The notes: generated by a model from the sequence alone, not told the origin. DNA of 64,000 nt from Acidobacteriota bacterium (GCA_039933215.1 JBDTOO010000018.1:305-64304); one strand, 5' to 3'. Positions 1 to 9,183 are shown, counted from the first letter of the stretch. A program made the numbers and translations.

Positions 1-1
1 C

Positions 2-1279
2 ACCGAGCACACGTTCGCGCTCCTTTTCTCGCTCCTCCGCAAAGTCCCTGCCGCGGCGGCCTCGATGGCGCAGGGCCGCTGGGACAAGTCGAAGTTCGTC
101 GGATCGGAGCTGGCGGGCAAGACCCTCGGCATCGTCGGGCTCGGTCAGGTCGGCTCGCGGGTCGCCGCCAGAGCGCGCGCCTTCGAGGCGAAGGTGATCG
201 GGTTCGATCCCTACCTTCCCGAGGCCCGGGCGCGCGAGCTCGGCGTTCCTCTGGTCGCCCTCGACGACCTCCTCGCGGCGTCGGACATCGTCTCGCTCCA
301 CGCGACCGCCGGCGAGAAGGGACGGGCTCTCATCGGCGAGGCCGAGCTCGCCCGGATGCGTCCCGGCGCGATCCTCGTCAACGTCGCCCGGGGGAGCCTG
401 GTCGACCGGGACGCGCTCTTCGCGGCGCTCTCATCGGGGAAGCTCGCCGGCGCGGCCCTCGATGTCTTCGAACCCGAGCCTCCCGATCCGGACGATCCCC
501 TCCCGAAGCTTCCGAACGTCGTTGCCACGCCGCACCTCGGGGCGTCGACGGTCGAGGCGCAGGAGCGCGTCTCTCTCCAGACCCTCGAGGCGGTACTCGA
601 CGCGCTCTCGGGCGCCTCCTATGTCCCGGCCGTGAACCTCCCGTTCCGCGGGCCCGCCGATCCCTCGGGCGCGGCCGTCTGGATGCGCCTCGCCGAACGG
701 GCGGCCCGCTTCCTGGCGGCTCTGGGCGACGGACGGCTCGTCTCCGTCGCCGTCGACACGTGGGGCCTTCCCGACGATCTGTTGCGTCCGGTCGCGGTGG
801 CTGCCGTCAAGGGGGCTCTCCAGGGCCACGCGCCGGAGACCGTCAATTACGTCAACGCGTTCCACGTCGCGCAGGACCGGGGACTGCGTGTCTCCGAGAC
901 GCGGCACGAGGGACCCGGCACTTACGCGCGATCGATCCGCGTCACGCTTTCTGCGGGCACGGGCGCGGCGGCGACCGCCGCGGACGGGACGCTCTTCTCC
1001 GAGAACGACGCGCGCGTCGTCGCGGTTGACGGCCTGCCTCTCGAGTTCCGGCCGGAAGGAACCGTCGTCTTCCTGCGCAACCGCGACGTGCCCGGCGTCG
1101 TGGGAAGCGTCGGCTCGATCCTGGGGGAGGGAGGCGTCAACATAGCGAACTTCTCTCTCGCGCGCGACGGGGACCGGGCGGCGGCGGTGCTCGCGGTCGA
1201 TTCGCCCCCGCCGGCGGCCGTCCTGGAGCGCCTGCGCCGCGCTCCGGCCGTCGAGGACGTGCGGGTGGTGACCTGGTGA
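2..1279 (+). CDS. serA: D-3-phosphoglycerate dehydrogenase, 5' end cut by the window edge
   Basis: The frame is open from base 2 (TEHTFALLFSLLRKVPAAAASMAQGRW...). It has the Rossmann motif GKTLGIVGLGQVGSRVA, the 2-hydroxyacid dehydrogenase core (LVNVARGSLVD, ATPHLGAST) and a C-terminal ACT-like tail. The track entry 65..1279 is the internal-Met version. Confidence 0.9.
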   Translation, partial: TEHTFALLFSLLRKVPAAAASMAQGRWDKSKFVGSELAGKTLGIVGLGQVGSRVAARARAFEAKVIGFDPYLPEARARELGVPLVALDDLLAASDIVSLHATAGEKGRALIGEAELARMRPGAILVNVARGSLVDRDALFAALSSGKLAGAALDVFEPEPPDPDDPLPKLPNVVATPHLGASTVEAQERVSLQTLEAVLDALSGASYVPAVNLPFRGPADPSGAAVWMRLAERAARFLAALGDGRLVSVAVDTWGLPDDLLRPVAVAAVKGALQGHAPETVNYVNAFHVAQDRGLRVSETRHEGPGTYARSIRVTLSAGTGAAATAADGTLFSENDARVVAVDGLPLEFRPEGTVVFLRNRDVPGVVGSVGSILGEGGVNIANFSLARDGDRAAAVLAVDSPPPAAVLERLRRAPAVEDVRVVTW

Positions 1280-2358
1280 GTCGGATGCGCGTCGTCCTCC
1301 TGTTCGGAGGTCGGTCGGTCGAGCGCGAGGTCTCGCGCGTTTCCGCGAGGACGATCGCCGGCGGGCTCGATCCGGCGCGCTACGACGTCGTGCCGATCGG
1401 GGTCGCCCCCGACGGCGCCTTTCTCCCGGCGGCGATTTCCGCCCGGCTGCTCGCCGACGGGACGATGCCGGCGCGGTTTCTCGCTCCCGACGAGAAGGAT
1501 GCCCGGGGGGACGCGGGAGCGGACGCGCGGCTCGTTCCGGCCGAGCTCGCGCCGGTCCGGGCGGACGTCGTGTTTCCGATCATCCACGGGACGTCCGGCG
1601 AGGACGGAGCGCTCCAGGGATTTCTCGAGCTCCTCGGGCTGCCGTACGTGGGGGCAGGCGTCGCGGCGTCCGCCGTCGGGATGGACAAGGCGATCTTCAA
1701 GGCGCTCCTGCGCGACGCCGGCATCGCGACGCCGCGCTCCGTCGTCGCGGCCGGACCGGACGACATCCCGGATCCCCCGTTTCCCCCTCCCTTCTTCGTC
1801 AAGCCCGCGAACGGCGGTTCCTCGGTCGGGGTCACCAAGGTGAAGCGGCGGGAGGGGCTCTCCGCGGCGGTCGCGGAAGCGCTCCGGTACGACGAACGAG
1901 CGCTCGTCGAGGAGGCCATCGACGCCCGCGAGATCGAGTGCGCCGTTCTCGGCAACGACAACCCGCGCGCGTCGGTCGTCGGCGAGATCGTCCCGGGCCG
2001 GGAGTTCTACGACTACGACGACAAGTACCGCGAGGACCGCGCGCGGTTCGTGATCCCGGCCGCCCTGCCGGAGCCCGTGGCCGCGGAGGTGCGCCGGATG
2101 GCCATCGAGACTTTTCGAATCGCGGGCGTCTCCGGGATGGCGCGCGTCGATTTCTTCGTCGAGCGCGCCACGGACCGAGTCCTGGTGAACGAGATCAACA
2201 CGCTGCCGGGCTTCACGGCGATCTCGATGTACCCGAAGCTCTGGGAGGCGAGCGGCCTGCCGCTTCCGGCTCTCCTGGACGAGCTCATCCGGCTCGCTCT
2301 CGAGCGTCACGCGCGGCGAGCGCGGATCTCCCACGAGCCTCCTGCCGAGCTGCGCTAG
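1276..2358 (+). CDS. ddl: D-alanine--D-alanine ligase
   Basis: N-terminus MRVVLLFGGRSVEREVSRVSA, IIHGTSGEDGALQGFLELLGLPYVG, ATP-grasp region, and C-terminal NEINTLPGFTAISMYPKLWEASG. The GTG start overlaps the serA stop (GTGA); ATG 1285 is an alternative start. Confidence 0.92.
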   Translation: MSRMRVVLLFGGRSVEREVSRVSARTIAGGLDPARYDVVPIGVAPDGAFLPAAISARLLADGTMPARFLAPDEKDARGDAGADARLVPAELAPVRADVVFPIIHGTSGEDGALQGFLELLGLPYVGAGVAASAVGMDKAIFKALLRDAGIATPRSVVAAGPDDIPDPPFPPPFFVKPANGGSSVGVTKVKRREGLSAAVAEALRYDERALVEEAIDAREIECAVLGNDNPRASVVGEIVPGREFYDYDDKYREDRARFVIPAALPEPVAAEVRRMAIETFRIAGVSGMARVDFFVERATDRVLVNEINTLPGFTAISMYPKLWEASGLPLPALLDELIRLALERHARRARISHEPPAELR

Positions 2359-2371
2359 AAGCGCGAGGCCG

Positions 2372-3013
2372 TCAGATCAGCCCGGCCTCGAAGGCCTTCA
2401 GCACCGCCCGCGTCCGGTCCCGCACGCCGAGCTTCGACAGCACGCTCGACACGTGGTTCTTGATCGTGCCTTCGGCGCTGCCGAGCGCGCCGGCGATCTC
2501 CCGGTTGCTGTGTCCCCCGGCCATGAGACGGAGGACCTCGAGCTCGCGCGCGGACAGCGGGTCGGGAGCCTCGAGGCTCTCGAAATCCGGCCTGGAACGG
2601 GCGAGGCCCCGCAGGATGCGATCGGTCGCCAAGGGTTGGATGCGCGTCTCTCCCCGCGCGAGAGCGCGGATCGCCCCCGTGAGCTGCTCCAGCGATACGT
2701 CTTTCAGCAGGTAGCCGCGGGCGCCGGCCCGGACGGCGTCTAAGACGAGCGCGCCGTCGTCGAACGTCGTCAGGACGAGGCAGGGCGGGGAGGCGGGATC
2801 GCCCTCCAGCGCGCGGAGCAGGTCGAGGCCGCTCCCGCCGGGCATCCGCAGGTCGAGGAGCACGACGTCCGGCGAGGTCTCGCGGATGCGCCGCAGCCCC
2901 TCGCGTCCGTCCCGGGCCTCGGCGACGACCTCGATCTCTCCGTCGAGCCGGAGCAGGCTCCGGATCCCCTCACGGACGAGGGTCTCGTCTTCGACGACGC
3001 AGACGCGGATCAC
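2372..3013 (-). CDS. NarL/LuxR-family response regulator (REC + HTH)
   Basis: VIRVCVVEDETLVREG...VVLLDLRMPGGSG receiver domain and C-terminal LSARELEVLRLMAGGHSNREIAGALGSAEGTIKNHVSSVLSKLGV LuxR HTH. GTG 3013 overlaps the kinase stop (GTGA). The upstream part of track ORF 2372..4147 is an alternate-frame artefact. Confidence 0.9.
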   Translation of the reverse strand: MIRVCVVEDETLVREGIRSLLRLDGEIEVVAEARDGREGLRRIRETSPDVVLLDLRMPGGSGLDLLRALEGDPASPPCLVLTTFDDGALVLDAVRAGARGYLLKDVSLEQLTGAIRALARGETRIQPLATDRILRGLARSRPDFESLEAPDPLSARELEVLRLMAGGHSNREIAGALGSAEGTIKNHVSSVLSKLGVRDRTRAVLKAFEAGLI

Positions 3014-4134
3014 GACGCGGTGCGGGCCGCGGGAAGGAGCGCCACGACGGCGAAGCCCGAATCGGGAGCACTCGAGACCTGGAGCCGGCCGCCGGCACGC
3101 TCGACGCGCTCGCGCATGCCCGTCAGTCCGGTGCCGGGCAGGACCCGCTCCGTTCCCCGGCCGTCGTCGCGCGCCCGGATCTCCACCGCGTCGCCTTCGA
3201 GCGCGAGGTCCAGCCAGAGGTTGTCGGCGTCGGCGTGCCGGGCGGCGTTCGTCACGATCTCCTGCGCGCAGCGCAGCAGGATGTGGGCTTTCTCCGGATC
3301 GTCGACCCGCAGCCCCTCCGCCACGGACAGGTGGACCCGGGGCCGGGGCATCTCGCCGACGAGGATCTCGAGCGCCGCCCGGAGGTCGATGCCCGCCGGA
3401 CCGTGGAGGGCGCTGACGATCTGGCGCACGTCCGCGAGGAGAAGGCGGGCGATCGTCTGCGCGGTCACGACGTGCCGGCGGCCCTCGCCCTCCGTGCGAT
3501 GGGCCGCGACCTCCAGGTTGAGAGAGAGCGCGGTCAGGTGATGACCGATGGCGTCGTGAAGCTCCCGGGAGATCCGGACCCTCTCCGCGAGCCGGTTGCC
3601 GTCGGCGAGGATGTGCTGCATCGCCATCAGCTCGCGGTTGGCGTCGGAAAGGTCTTCTCGCGCGCGCATCTCGCGCTCGAGCGCGCGAATGACGAAGAAG
3701 GCCAGGATCTGGAAGCCGAGGTAAGGAGGCGCCAGCATCAGCGCGGGCCGGAGCGACCAGTGGATCGTGACCGCGACGGCGAAGAGGATCGTCTGGACGG
3801 CGATCCAGGCGAGGCCCGCGCGCGGAGAGAGGCGCGGCGCGAGCTGCATCGCGACGAGGACGAGCAGCGATCCTTCGTATCCGTTGCAGAGCAGGGCCAC
3901 CATCCCGACGACGCATGCCGCCTGGAGGGCCGCGAGGAGGAGCCGGCGGCGCGCGTCCGCGGGGGCGGCCGCGAGGCGAAACGCGGCGCCGAAGACCAGG
4001 AAGAAGCAGAGCCATTCGAGGAACGTCGCGGCGCCGCGGGGAGCGCGGAGGAGCACGGGGAGTCCCACGAGGAGCCAGGTCACGAGGCCCGCCCCCTCGA
4101 ACCAGCGGCGGCGGATGGCGCTCTCGTGTCTCAT
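3010..4134 (-). CDS. Membrane sensor histidine kinase, HisKA_3 (NarX/DesK-like) type
   Basis: Several N-terminal TM helices, H-box RISRELHDAIGHHLTAL, and an HATPase region (EIVTNAARHA...DDGRG...GTGLTGMRERV). It is translationally coupled to the downstream response regulator. Confidence 0.9.
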   Translation of the reverse strand: MRHESAIRRRWFEGAGLVTWLLVGLPVLLRAPRGAATFLEWLCFFLVFGAAFRLAAAPADARRRLLLAALQAACVVGMVALLCNGYEGSLLVLVAMQLAPRLSPRAGLAWIAVQTILFAVAVTIHWSLRPALMLAPPYLGFQILAFFVIRALEREMRAREDLSDANRELMAMQHILADGNRLAERVRISRELHDAIGHHLTALSLNLEVAAHRTEGEGRRHVVTAQTIARLLLADVRQIVSALHGPAGIDLRAALEILVGEMPRPRVHLSVAEGLRVDDPEKAHILLRCAQEIVTNAARHADADNLWLDLALEGDAVEIRARDDGRGTERVLPGTGLTGMRERVERAGGRLQVSSAPDSGFAVVALLPAARTAS

Positions 4135-4259
4135 CGCAATCCATCATAGGCGCCGGGGGCGGGCGCGGATGTGCCGGAAGTCACGACGCAATCGCCCGAC
4201 TTCCGGCACGGGAGGATCGGGAGCGCGAGCGCTAACCTGCGCGCCGGAGGGATCCCCCC

Positions 4260-4883
4260 ATGAAAAGGCCGCTGCTGGCTCTCGCCGTCTTCGCCGCTCA
4301 TTTTGGGCTCTTCTCGCTTCCCTTCCGGGCGGAGGGGGAGACCGGCGCCTCGGCCGGAGTCGCGCGGGCGAGAGCGGCCGTCGCGCGCCTTGGCGGAAGA
4401 GTGGTCGAAGACGAGACGGCCTCCGGCCGGCCGATCGTGTCGGTGGATCTCCACGGCTCGAAGGTCACCGACGGAGAGCTGACCTTCCTCGAGGACCTGC
4501 CGCGGCTGCGCTCGCTCGACCTGCGCCTGACGTCCGTGGGAGATGGCGCTCTCGAACATCTGCGCACGAGCGAGCTGACGATGCTGAACCTCTTCCGCAC
4601 GTCGGTCGGCGACGAAGGCCTCGCCCGCCTCGCGGGAGCGTCGCGCCTGCGGACGCTGATGCTCGGAGGGACGAAGGTGACGGACGCGGGGCTCGCTCAC
4701 CTCGAAGGCCTGGCCGAGCTCGAGAAGCTGAGCCTCTTCGAGACGGCGATCACGGACGCCGGCCTCATCCACTTGAGCCGCCTGACGCGCCTCGAAAAGC
4801 TTCTGCTCCGCGGCTCCAGGGTCACCGAGGACGGCGCGCGGGCGCTCCGGCGATCGCTGCCGCGCCTGCGCTTCGAGGAATGA
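4260..4883 (+). CDS. Secreted leucine-rich-repeat protein
   Basis: Signal peptide MKRPLLALAVFAAHFGLFSLPFRA, followed by about 24-aa repeats of the type L.L..T.VTDAGL.HL..L..L..L. Confidence 0.8.
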   Translation: MKRPLLALAVFAAHFGLFSLPFRAEGETGASAGVARARAAVARLGGRVVEDETASGRPIVSVDLHGSKVTDGELTFLEDLPRLRSLDLRLTSVGDGALEHLRTSELTMLNLFRTSVGDEGLARLAGASRLRTLMLGGTKVTDAGLAHLEGLAELEKLSLFETAITDAGLIHLSRLTRLEKLLLRGSRVTEDGARALRRSLPRLRFEE

Positions 4884-4905
4884 GCGTCCGGGCCGCCGGG
4901 CCCGA

Positions 4906-6216
4906 TCAGTCCCAGAGCCTCTCGAACCACCGCCGGGAGGCGGGCAACGGCCCCGGTCCCATGGCCTTCTGGACCTCTTGCGCGCTCCATCCCGTCAGGG
5001 TGATCAGGTTGCGTGCTTCGGTCTCGCGCCGCGCTGCGAGCTCGCCGCGATAGCGGCTCCCGTCGCACGTGAGAGTGCCCGCCCACGGATGGCGCAGCAC
5101 GTACCTCGCCTGAAAGCTCTGGCGGTCCGGGGTCTCCTGGAAGGAGAGGTCCTCGGGAAAGTGCGCGGCGTCGTAGCGGACGTGGAGCCGCGTCAGGAAA
5201 ACACCCGGAGCGGCCGGCGCCTCTTCCTCCAGCCAGAATACGCCGAGTCCCTTCAGCTCCTGTCGCGTGAGCGGGTCGGCCGCGCAGGGGTCGCACCAGC
5301 CCATGTCCCAGGCGTACTCGGTGAACACGGCTTCCATGCGTTCGCGCCGCACCTGCGTGTCGAAGAGCGAGCGGTAGAAGTCGGGGAAGCGGCCTTTCAC
5401 GAAGAGAGGGATGTCGAGATCGGAGGGGAGGCGGACCGTCCGATAGTTCGTCGCTTCCACTCGCCCCTTGCGGGTCATGGCGTAGACGAAGAGATCCTGC
5501 GGTCCGTTGGCGTTGACCATTCCGAGGCGGATCGGCAGCATGAACTTCGGCGACTCGTATGCCACCTGGATGGGGCGCAGGGTCGAGAACCCGAGGCGCT
5601 CCTTTTCCCCGAGGTTCACCTTCGCGACGAAGAAGCGCATGTTCTGGCGCACGTAGCCGTCGAGCATCGGCGCGGCGCCCGATGGGATCCTGTAGCCGTT
5701 CTCCTTCAGCCACGTCGTCAATCCCGAGGAGTCGCGCGCCGAGAGGATCAGAATGTCGTATTCGCCCACGGTGTAGCGCGCCTCGACCTGAACGCCGAGG
5801 CTCCGCTCGCGCCGCGCGTCGGCGGACGACTTCGGCACCGCCTGCGCCGCCATCATCTTCCGCAGGGACCCGTCGTTCCGGGCGCACGGGTCCTCGTCGT
5901 GGTACTCGACGAGCCGGGGAGAGGAATAGGCGTCGAGATGCTCGAGGAGCTTCATGTCTCCCACGTGGATCTGCCCGCGCTCGATCGCCGTCGGGACCGG
6001 GATGACGATCGCGAACTCCCGGGGGTCACCCTGGAAGTCGCTGCCCATCGTGAGGACGGTGCGGTTTCCGTCGCGGGCGAGGGCGACCTGAGACGATCGA
6101 TTAAAGAGCTTCGCGTCCGCCCTGGCCACGTAGAAGCCGCAGAAGGCGCGGGCCCGGGAAGCGGGAAAGAGCGCGGACAGGAGCAGGGCGGCGGCGAAGA
6201 TCGATGAGCGGCGCAT
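4906..6216 (-). CDS. Secreted DUF2330-like protein
   Basis: ATG 6216 is preceded by AAGGAG. Signal peptide MRRSSIFAAALLLSALFPASRARA is followed by FCGFYVARADAKLFN. The longer track ORF (to 6405) adds a Pro/Ser-rich non-coding-looking extension. The family call is from memory of DUF2330 N-termini. Confidence 0.75.
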   Translation of the reverse strand: MRRSSIFAAALLLSALFPASRARAFCGFYVARADAKLFNRSSQVALARDGNRTVLTMGSDFQGDPREFAIVIPVPTAIERGQIHVGDMKLLEHLDAYSSPRLVEYHDEDPCARNDGSLRKMMAAQAVPKSSADARRERSLGVQVEARYTVGEYDILILSARDSSGLTTWLKENGYRIPSGAAPMLDGYVRQNMRFFVAKVNLGEKERLGFSTLRPIQVAYESPKFMLPIRLGMVNANGPQDLFVYAMTRKGRVEATNYRTVRLPSDLDIPLFVKGRFPDFYRSLFDTQVRRERMEAVFTEYAWDMGWCDPCAADPLTRQELKGLGVFWLEEEAPAAPGVFLTRLHVRYDAAHFPEDLSFQETPDRQSFQARYVLRHPWAGTLTCDGSRYRGELAARRETEARNLITLTGWSAQEVQKAMGPGPLPASRRWFERLWD

Positions 6217-7042
6217 GGAAGTCTCCTTTCGAGACGAATGGGGCGACGCCGGCGGGAGACCGCCGGCCGGGCAGGAGGAGGTCGAGCAGAGGCACGAGGA
6301 GCGAGCAGAGGGCGAGCGACCAGACCGCCCCATTCGGCCGGAAGATGCGCAACTGGATGTAGGCGGCGCCCAACGCGACGGCGGCCCCGAAGAGAATCCG
6401 GGCAATCCGGGAGTCCGGCGTCGTCTTCGGGTCCGAGATCATGAAGAACGCGAAGAGAAGGATCGCCCCGCTCTGGAGGCGGTGCGCGGGGATCGTCCAG
6501 GGGTCGTGGACGGCGAGAGCGCGCGCAAAGAGAAGTGCGGCGTAGGTCGCGAGGAAAGCGAGCGTCACGTCCGCTCTCGCCGCCCGATGGACCACGAAGC
6601 GGCCGGCGCAGACGATGAGGAAGGCGAGGATGACCGCGCTGCCCCACTGGCCGGGCGAGACCCAGACGTCCGCTCCGGCCGCCAGCATCGCGACGAGGCC
6701 GAAGTTGGTCGGGTTGAAGAGATGCTTCCCGTTCCAACGCAGTGCGAACTTGCTGCCGATCGTGATGACGGCCGCCGCCACCGCGAGGAGCGCGGATGGC
6801 GTGCGCAGGAGAAGGCAGAGCGAGAGTCCCGAGATCAGCGCGCTCCACGGATCGAACGCGGCCAGCCGCGCCAGCCGTGAGAAGCCGAGTTGGGAGGCGA
6901 GAGCGGTCCCGAGGAGGAGGGCCGCCCTCGCCGGAGCGACGTCGAAGGAGAGCGCCGCCATGCCGTACGCCAGGAGCAGGGCGAGCGAGGCGATCTGGTA
7001 GAGGCGCGCGTCGGACCGTCGGAGAGGAGCGATCGGCAGCAT
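6101..7042 (-). CDS. Polytopic membrane protein, RnfD/NqrB-like family
   Basis: About 8 hydrophobic helices, with the motifs KHLFNPTNFG and FFMISDPKTTP that resemble the RnfD/NqrB FNPA... and FMATDP signatures. Its 3' end overlaps the DUF2330 gene by 116 nt (see findings). Confidence 0.7.
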   Translation of the reverse strand: MLPIAPLRRSDARLYQIASLALLLAYGMAALSFDVAPARAALLLGTALASQLGFSRLARLAAFDPWSALISGLSLCLLLRTPSALLAVAAAVITIGSKFALRWNGKHLFNPTNFGLVAMLAAGADVWVSPGQWGSAVILAFLIVCAGRFVVHRAARADVTLAFLATYAALLFARALAVHDPWTIPAHRLQSGAILLFAFFMISDPKTTPDSRIARILFGAAVALGAAYIQLRIFRPNGAVWSLALCSLLVPLLDLLLPGRRSPAGVAPFVSKGDFHAPLIDLRRRPAPVRALSRFPGPRLLRLLRGQGGREAL

Positions 7043-7120
7043 GCGGTGTGGGACACCGGAGGCGGCCGGCGGTTCCCGGCCCTCGGGAATCCGGGGGCGC
7101 CCGGTGTCAGAATCCGCGGC

Positions 7121-7615
7121 GTGGCGCCGGATCTCCGGACCGAACCGATCTCCCGCGAGGAGGACAAGCGCGCGTGCGCGCGGATGATGGCGTCCACGCA
7201 GCCGTGGATCTCGCTCGGCTTCGACGAGGCATTCTGCCTGAAGCGGACAGCCGACACGCAGAAGGAAATCCTCGGCGCCTGGTCGTCAGGGCGTCTCACG
7301 GGTTTTCTCCTGCTCGACATGCGCGGCCCCTTCGCCGGCTACATCCAGACGGTGTGCGTCGAGGCGGAGCGGCGCGGTGCCGGCATCGGCTCGGCGTTGA
7401 TCCGCGCGGCGGAGGAACGCGTCCATCGGGACTCGCCGAACGTGTTCCTGTGTGTCTCGACGACGAACGACCGTGCGCGCGTGCTCTACGAGAGGCTGGG
7501 ATACGCGCGGGTCGGCGAGCTTCCCGACTACCTCGCGCGAGGCCGCACGGAGATCCTGATGCGGAAGACCGCGGGGACCCTCCTCGATTTCCGCGCGCCG
7601 GGATCCGCCTCTTGA
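7121..7615 (+). CDS. GNAT-family N-acetyltransferase
   Basis: Acetyl-CoA motif YIQTVCVEAERRGAGIGSALIRAAEE and ...RARVLYERLGY. The start is uncertain: GTG 7121 gives a normal-length GNAT, ATG 7184 is the alternative. Confidence 0.75.
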   Translation: MAPDLRTEPISREEDKRACARMMASTQPWISLGFDEAFCLKRTADTQKEILGAWSSGRLTGFLLLDMRGPFAGYIQTVCVEAERRGAGIGSALIRAAEERVHRDSPNVFLCVSTTNDRARVLYERLGYARVGELPDYLARGRTEILMRKTAGTLLDFRAPGSAS

Positions 7616-7658
7616 AAGCCGTCCCTTCCGGCGCTTCCGCATCGGGCCCACAGGGACC

Positions 7659-8228
7659 GTGACACGCCACCGGTCGATCCGCCCGGCCGTCCCCGCGGAC
7701 GTGGAGCGTCTCACGGCCCTGATTCGCGAGTCCGTCATCGGCCTTTCTCTCGGCGACTACTCCGCCGCGCAGCTCGAGAGCGCGCTGATCCACGTCTTCG
7801 GAGTCGATACCCGCCTGATCGACGACGGGACGTATTTCGTCGTCGAGGAGCCGGGTACGACAGGCCCGCTCGCCTGCGGCGGATGGAGCCGGCGGCGGAC
7901 GCTCTTCGGCGGCGACCAGTACATCGGGCGAACGGATGACCGGCTCGATCCGGCCGTGGACGCTGCGCGGATCCGCGCCTTCTTCGTCCGCCCGGGCGCG
8001 GCGCGACGCGGGCTCGGGTCGATGCTCCTCGGAGCCTGCGAGCGCGCCGCTCGGGAGCACGGGTTCGTCCGCCTCGAGCTCATGGCCACCCTGACGGGGA
8101 TCCCTCTCTACGAGCGCGCCGGGTTTCTCGCGCGGGAGCGTGTCGATCTCGAGCTGCCCGACGGAGTCCGGTTTCCGCTCGTGCGGATGGAACGGACCCT
8201 GAAGCCCGAGGGGGATCTTCCGGCCTAG
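7659..8228 (+). CDS. GNAT-family N-acetyltransferase
   Basis: IRPAVPADVERLTALIRES..., FFVRPGAARRGLGSMLLGACERAAREHGF..., PLYERAGF. Confidence 0.85.
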   Translation: MTRHRSIRPAVPADVERLTALIRESVIGLSLGDYSAAQLESALIHVFGVDTRLIDDGTYFVVEEPGTTGPLACGGWSRRRTLFGGDQYIGRTDDRLDPAVDAARIRAFFVRPGAARRGLGSMLLGACERAAREHGFVRLELMATLTGIPLYERAGFLARERVDLELPDGVRFPLVRMERTLKPEGDLPA

Positions 8229-8644
8229 GGCTGCAGGGACTGGAGCAGCCGGCCGAGATTCCAGGAGTCCCAGCCTTCGACGATCCGGCCGTCCCGAAAC
8301 GTCAGCCAGGTCATTCCGCTCCACGGGAGGACCGCGCAGGCGGCCATCCACGCCGCTGCCATTGCCGGCATCCTCGAGTCCGGAACGACGACCACCTTCA
8401 GGGCTCCCTGGATCACGAAATGGAGGATCGCTCCGGTGGAAACGCTCAGGGGCGGGATGGTCCGCCGCGAGCGGCCCGGATCGTTCCGCTCGAAACCCGT
8501 GTCCGTGGGAGCCTGAAGGGAGCTTCCGACATGGACGTCCGAATTCGTCCGGTTTCCGGCAACCGGATCGGCGACATCCGGGTTATCTCTGGGCGGTGCC
8601 GTTCCGGCGTGAACAGCACGAGGAGGAGAACCGCATGACGATCT
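8225..8644 (-). pseudogene. SnoaL-like (ester-cyclase-type) gene remnant without a canonical start
   Basis: The stop-to-stop frame 8225..8644 ends ...WSGMTWLTFRDGRIVEGWDSWNLGRLLQSLQP, typical of SnoaL/ester-cyclase C-termini. The only ATG/GTG/TTG in frame is GTG 8416, which would give a 63-aa fragment. The upstream in-frame part (..NPDVADPVAGN..DVHVG..) keeps only faint similarity. Confidence 0.4.
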
Positions 8645-9126
8645 TTAGGAGGGGAAGGACCATCGTTTTCCTGGGAATGTCCCTGCTCGCCTGGCCGGCC
8701 GCGCGGGCGCGCGGCGCGGCGGCCCGTGAAAACGACGAGAGGGCCGTCGCGGAGCTCGATACCCGGTACCAGGCCGCGGTGAAGAAGAACGACGCCGCGG
8801 CCATGGACCGCATCCTGGCCGACGATTTCGTTCTCGTCACGGGGCGGGGAAAAGCCTTCACGAAGGCGGAACTGCTGGAGGACGCGCGCGGGGGCCACGC
8901 CGTGTACGAGCATCAGGAGGAGATCGAGAGGTCTCAGAAGGTCCGCGTCTGGGGCGACACGGCGGTCGTGACCGCGCTCCTCTGGATCCAGGGGACGCGC
9001 GGCGCGAATCCGATGGACTACAAACTCTGGTTTTCGGACACGTACGTGCGCACGAAGAGCGGCTGGCGCTACGTCTTCGGACAGGCTTCGATCCCGCTTC
9101 CGGCGGAGGGCCCCAAGGCGCCGTAG
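8635..9126 (+). CDS. Secreted NTF2-fold protein (DUF4440/SnoaL-like)
   Basis: AGGAGGAG lies 7 nt upstream of ATG 8635. Signal-like N-terminus MTIFRRGRTIVFLGMSLLAWPAARA, then LDTRYQAAVKKNDAAAMDRILADDFVLV...GWRYVFGQAS. Confidence 0.8.
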   Translation: MTIFRRGRTIVFLGMSLLAWPAARARGAAARENDERAVAELDTRYQAAVKKNDAAAMDRILADDFVLVTGRGKAFTKAELLEDARGGHAVYEHQEEIERSQKVRVWGDTAVVTALLWIQGTRGANPMDYKLWFSDTYVRTKSGWRYVFGQASIPLPAEGPKAP

Positions 9127-9145
9127 CGCTTCCGAGCCTTTCGGC

Positions 9146-9183
9146 CTGTTCGGCTGTTCGGCTGTTCGGCTGTCGGGCTGTCG
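9146..9183. repeat. Tandem octamer array (CTGTTCGG x3, then CTGTCGGG, CTGTCG)
   Basis: Read directly from the sequence. It is intergenic, between the NTF2-like gene and the redoxin gene. Confidence 0.85.

Noticed and set aside
922-2334. Long antisense or alternate-frame ORFs throughout the track (for example 922..2334 minus, 18801..20777 minus, 24121..27063 plus, 24413..27013 minus, 54406..56823 minus, 47580..48797 minus, 27776..29245 minus)
   Set aside because: Their composition is Arg/Pro/Gly/Ala-dominated with no recognisable domains. Each lies opposite to, or out of frame with, a gene that has clear family signatures. Long spurious ORFs of this kind are typical of DNA this GC-rich.
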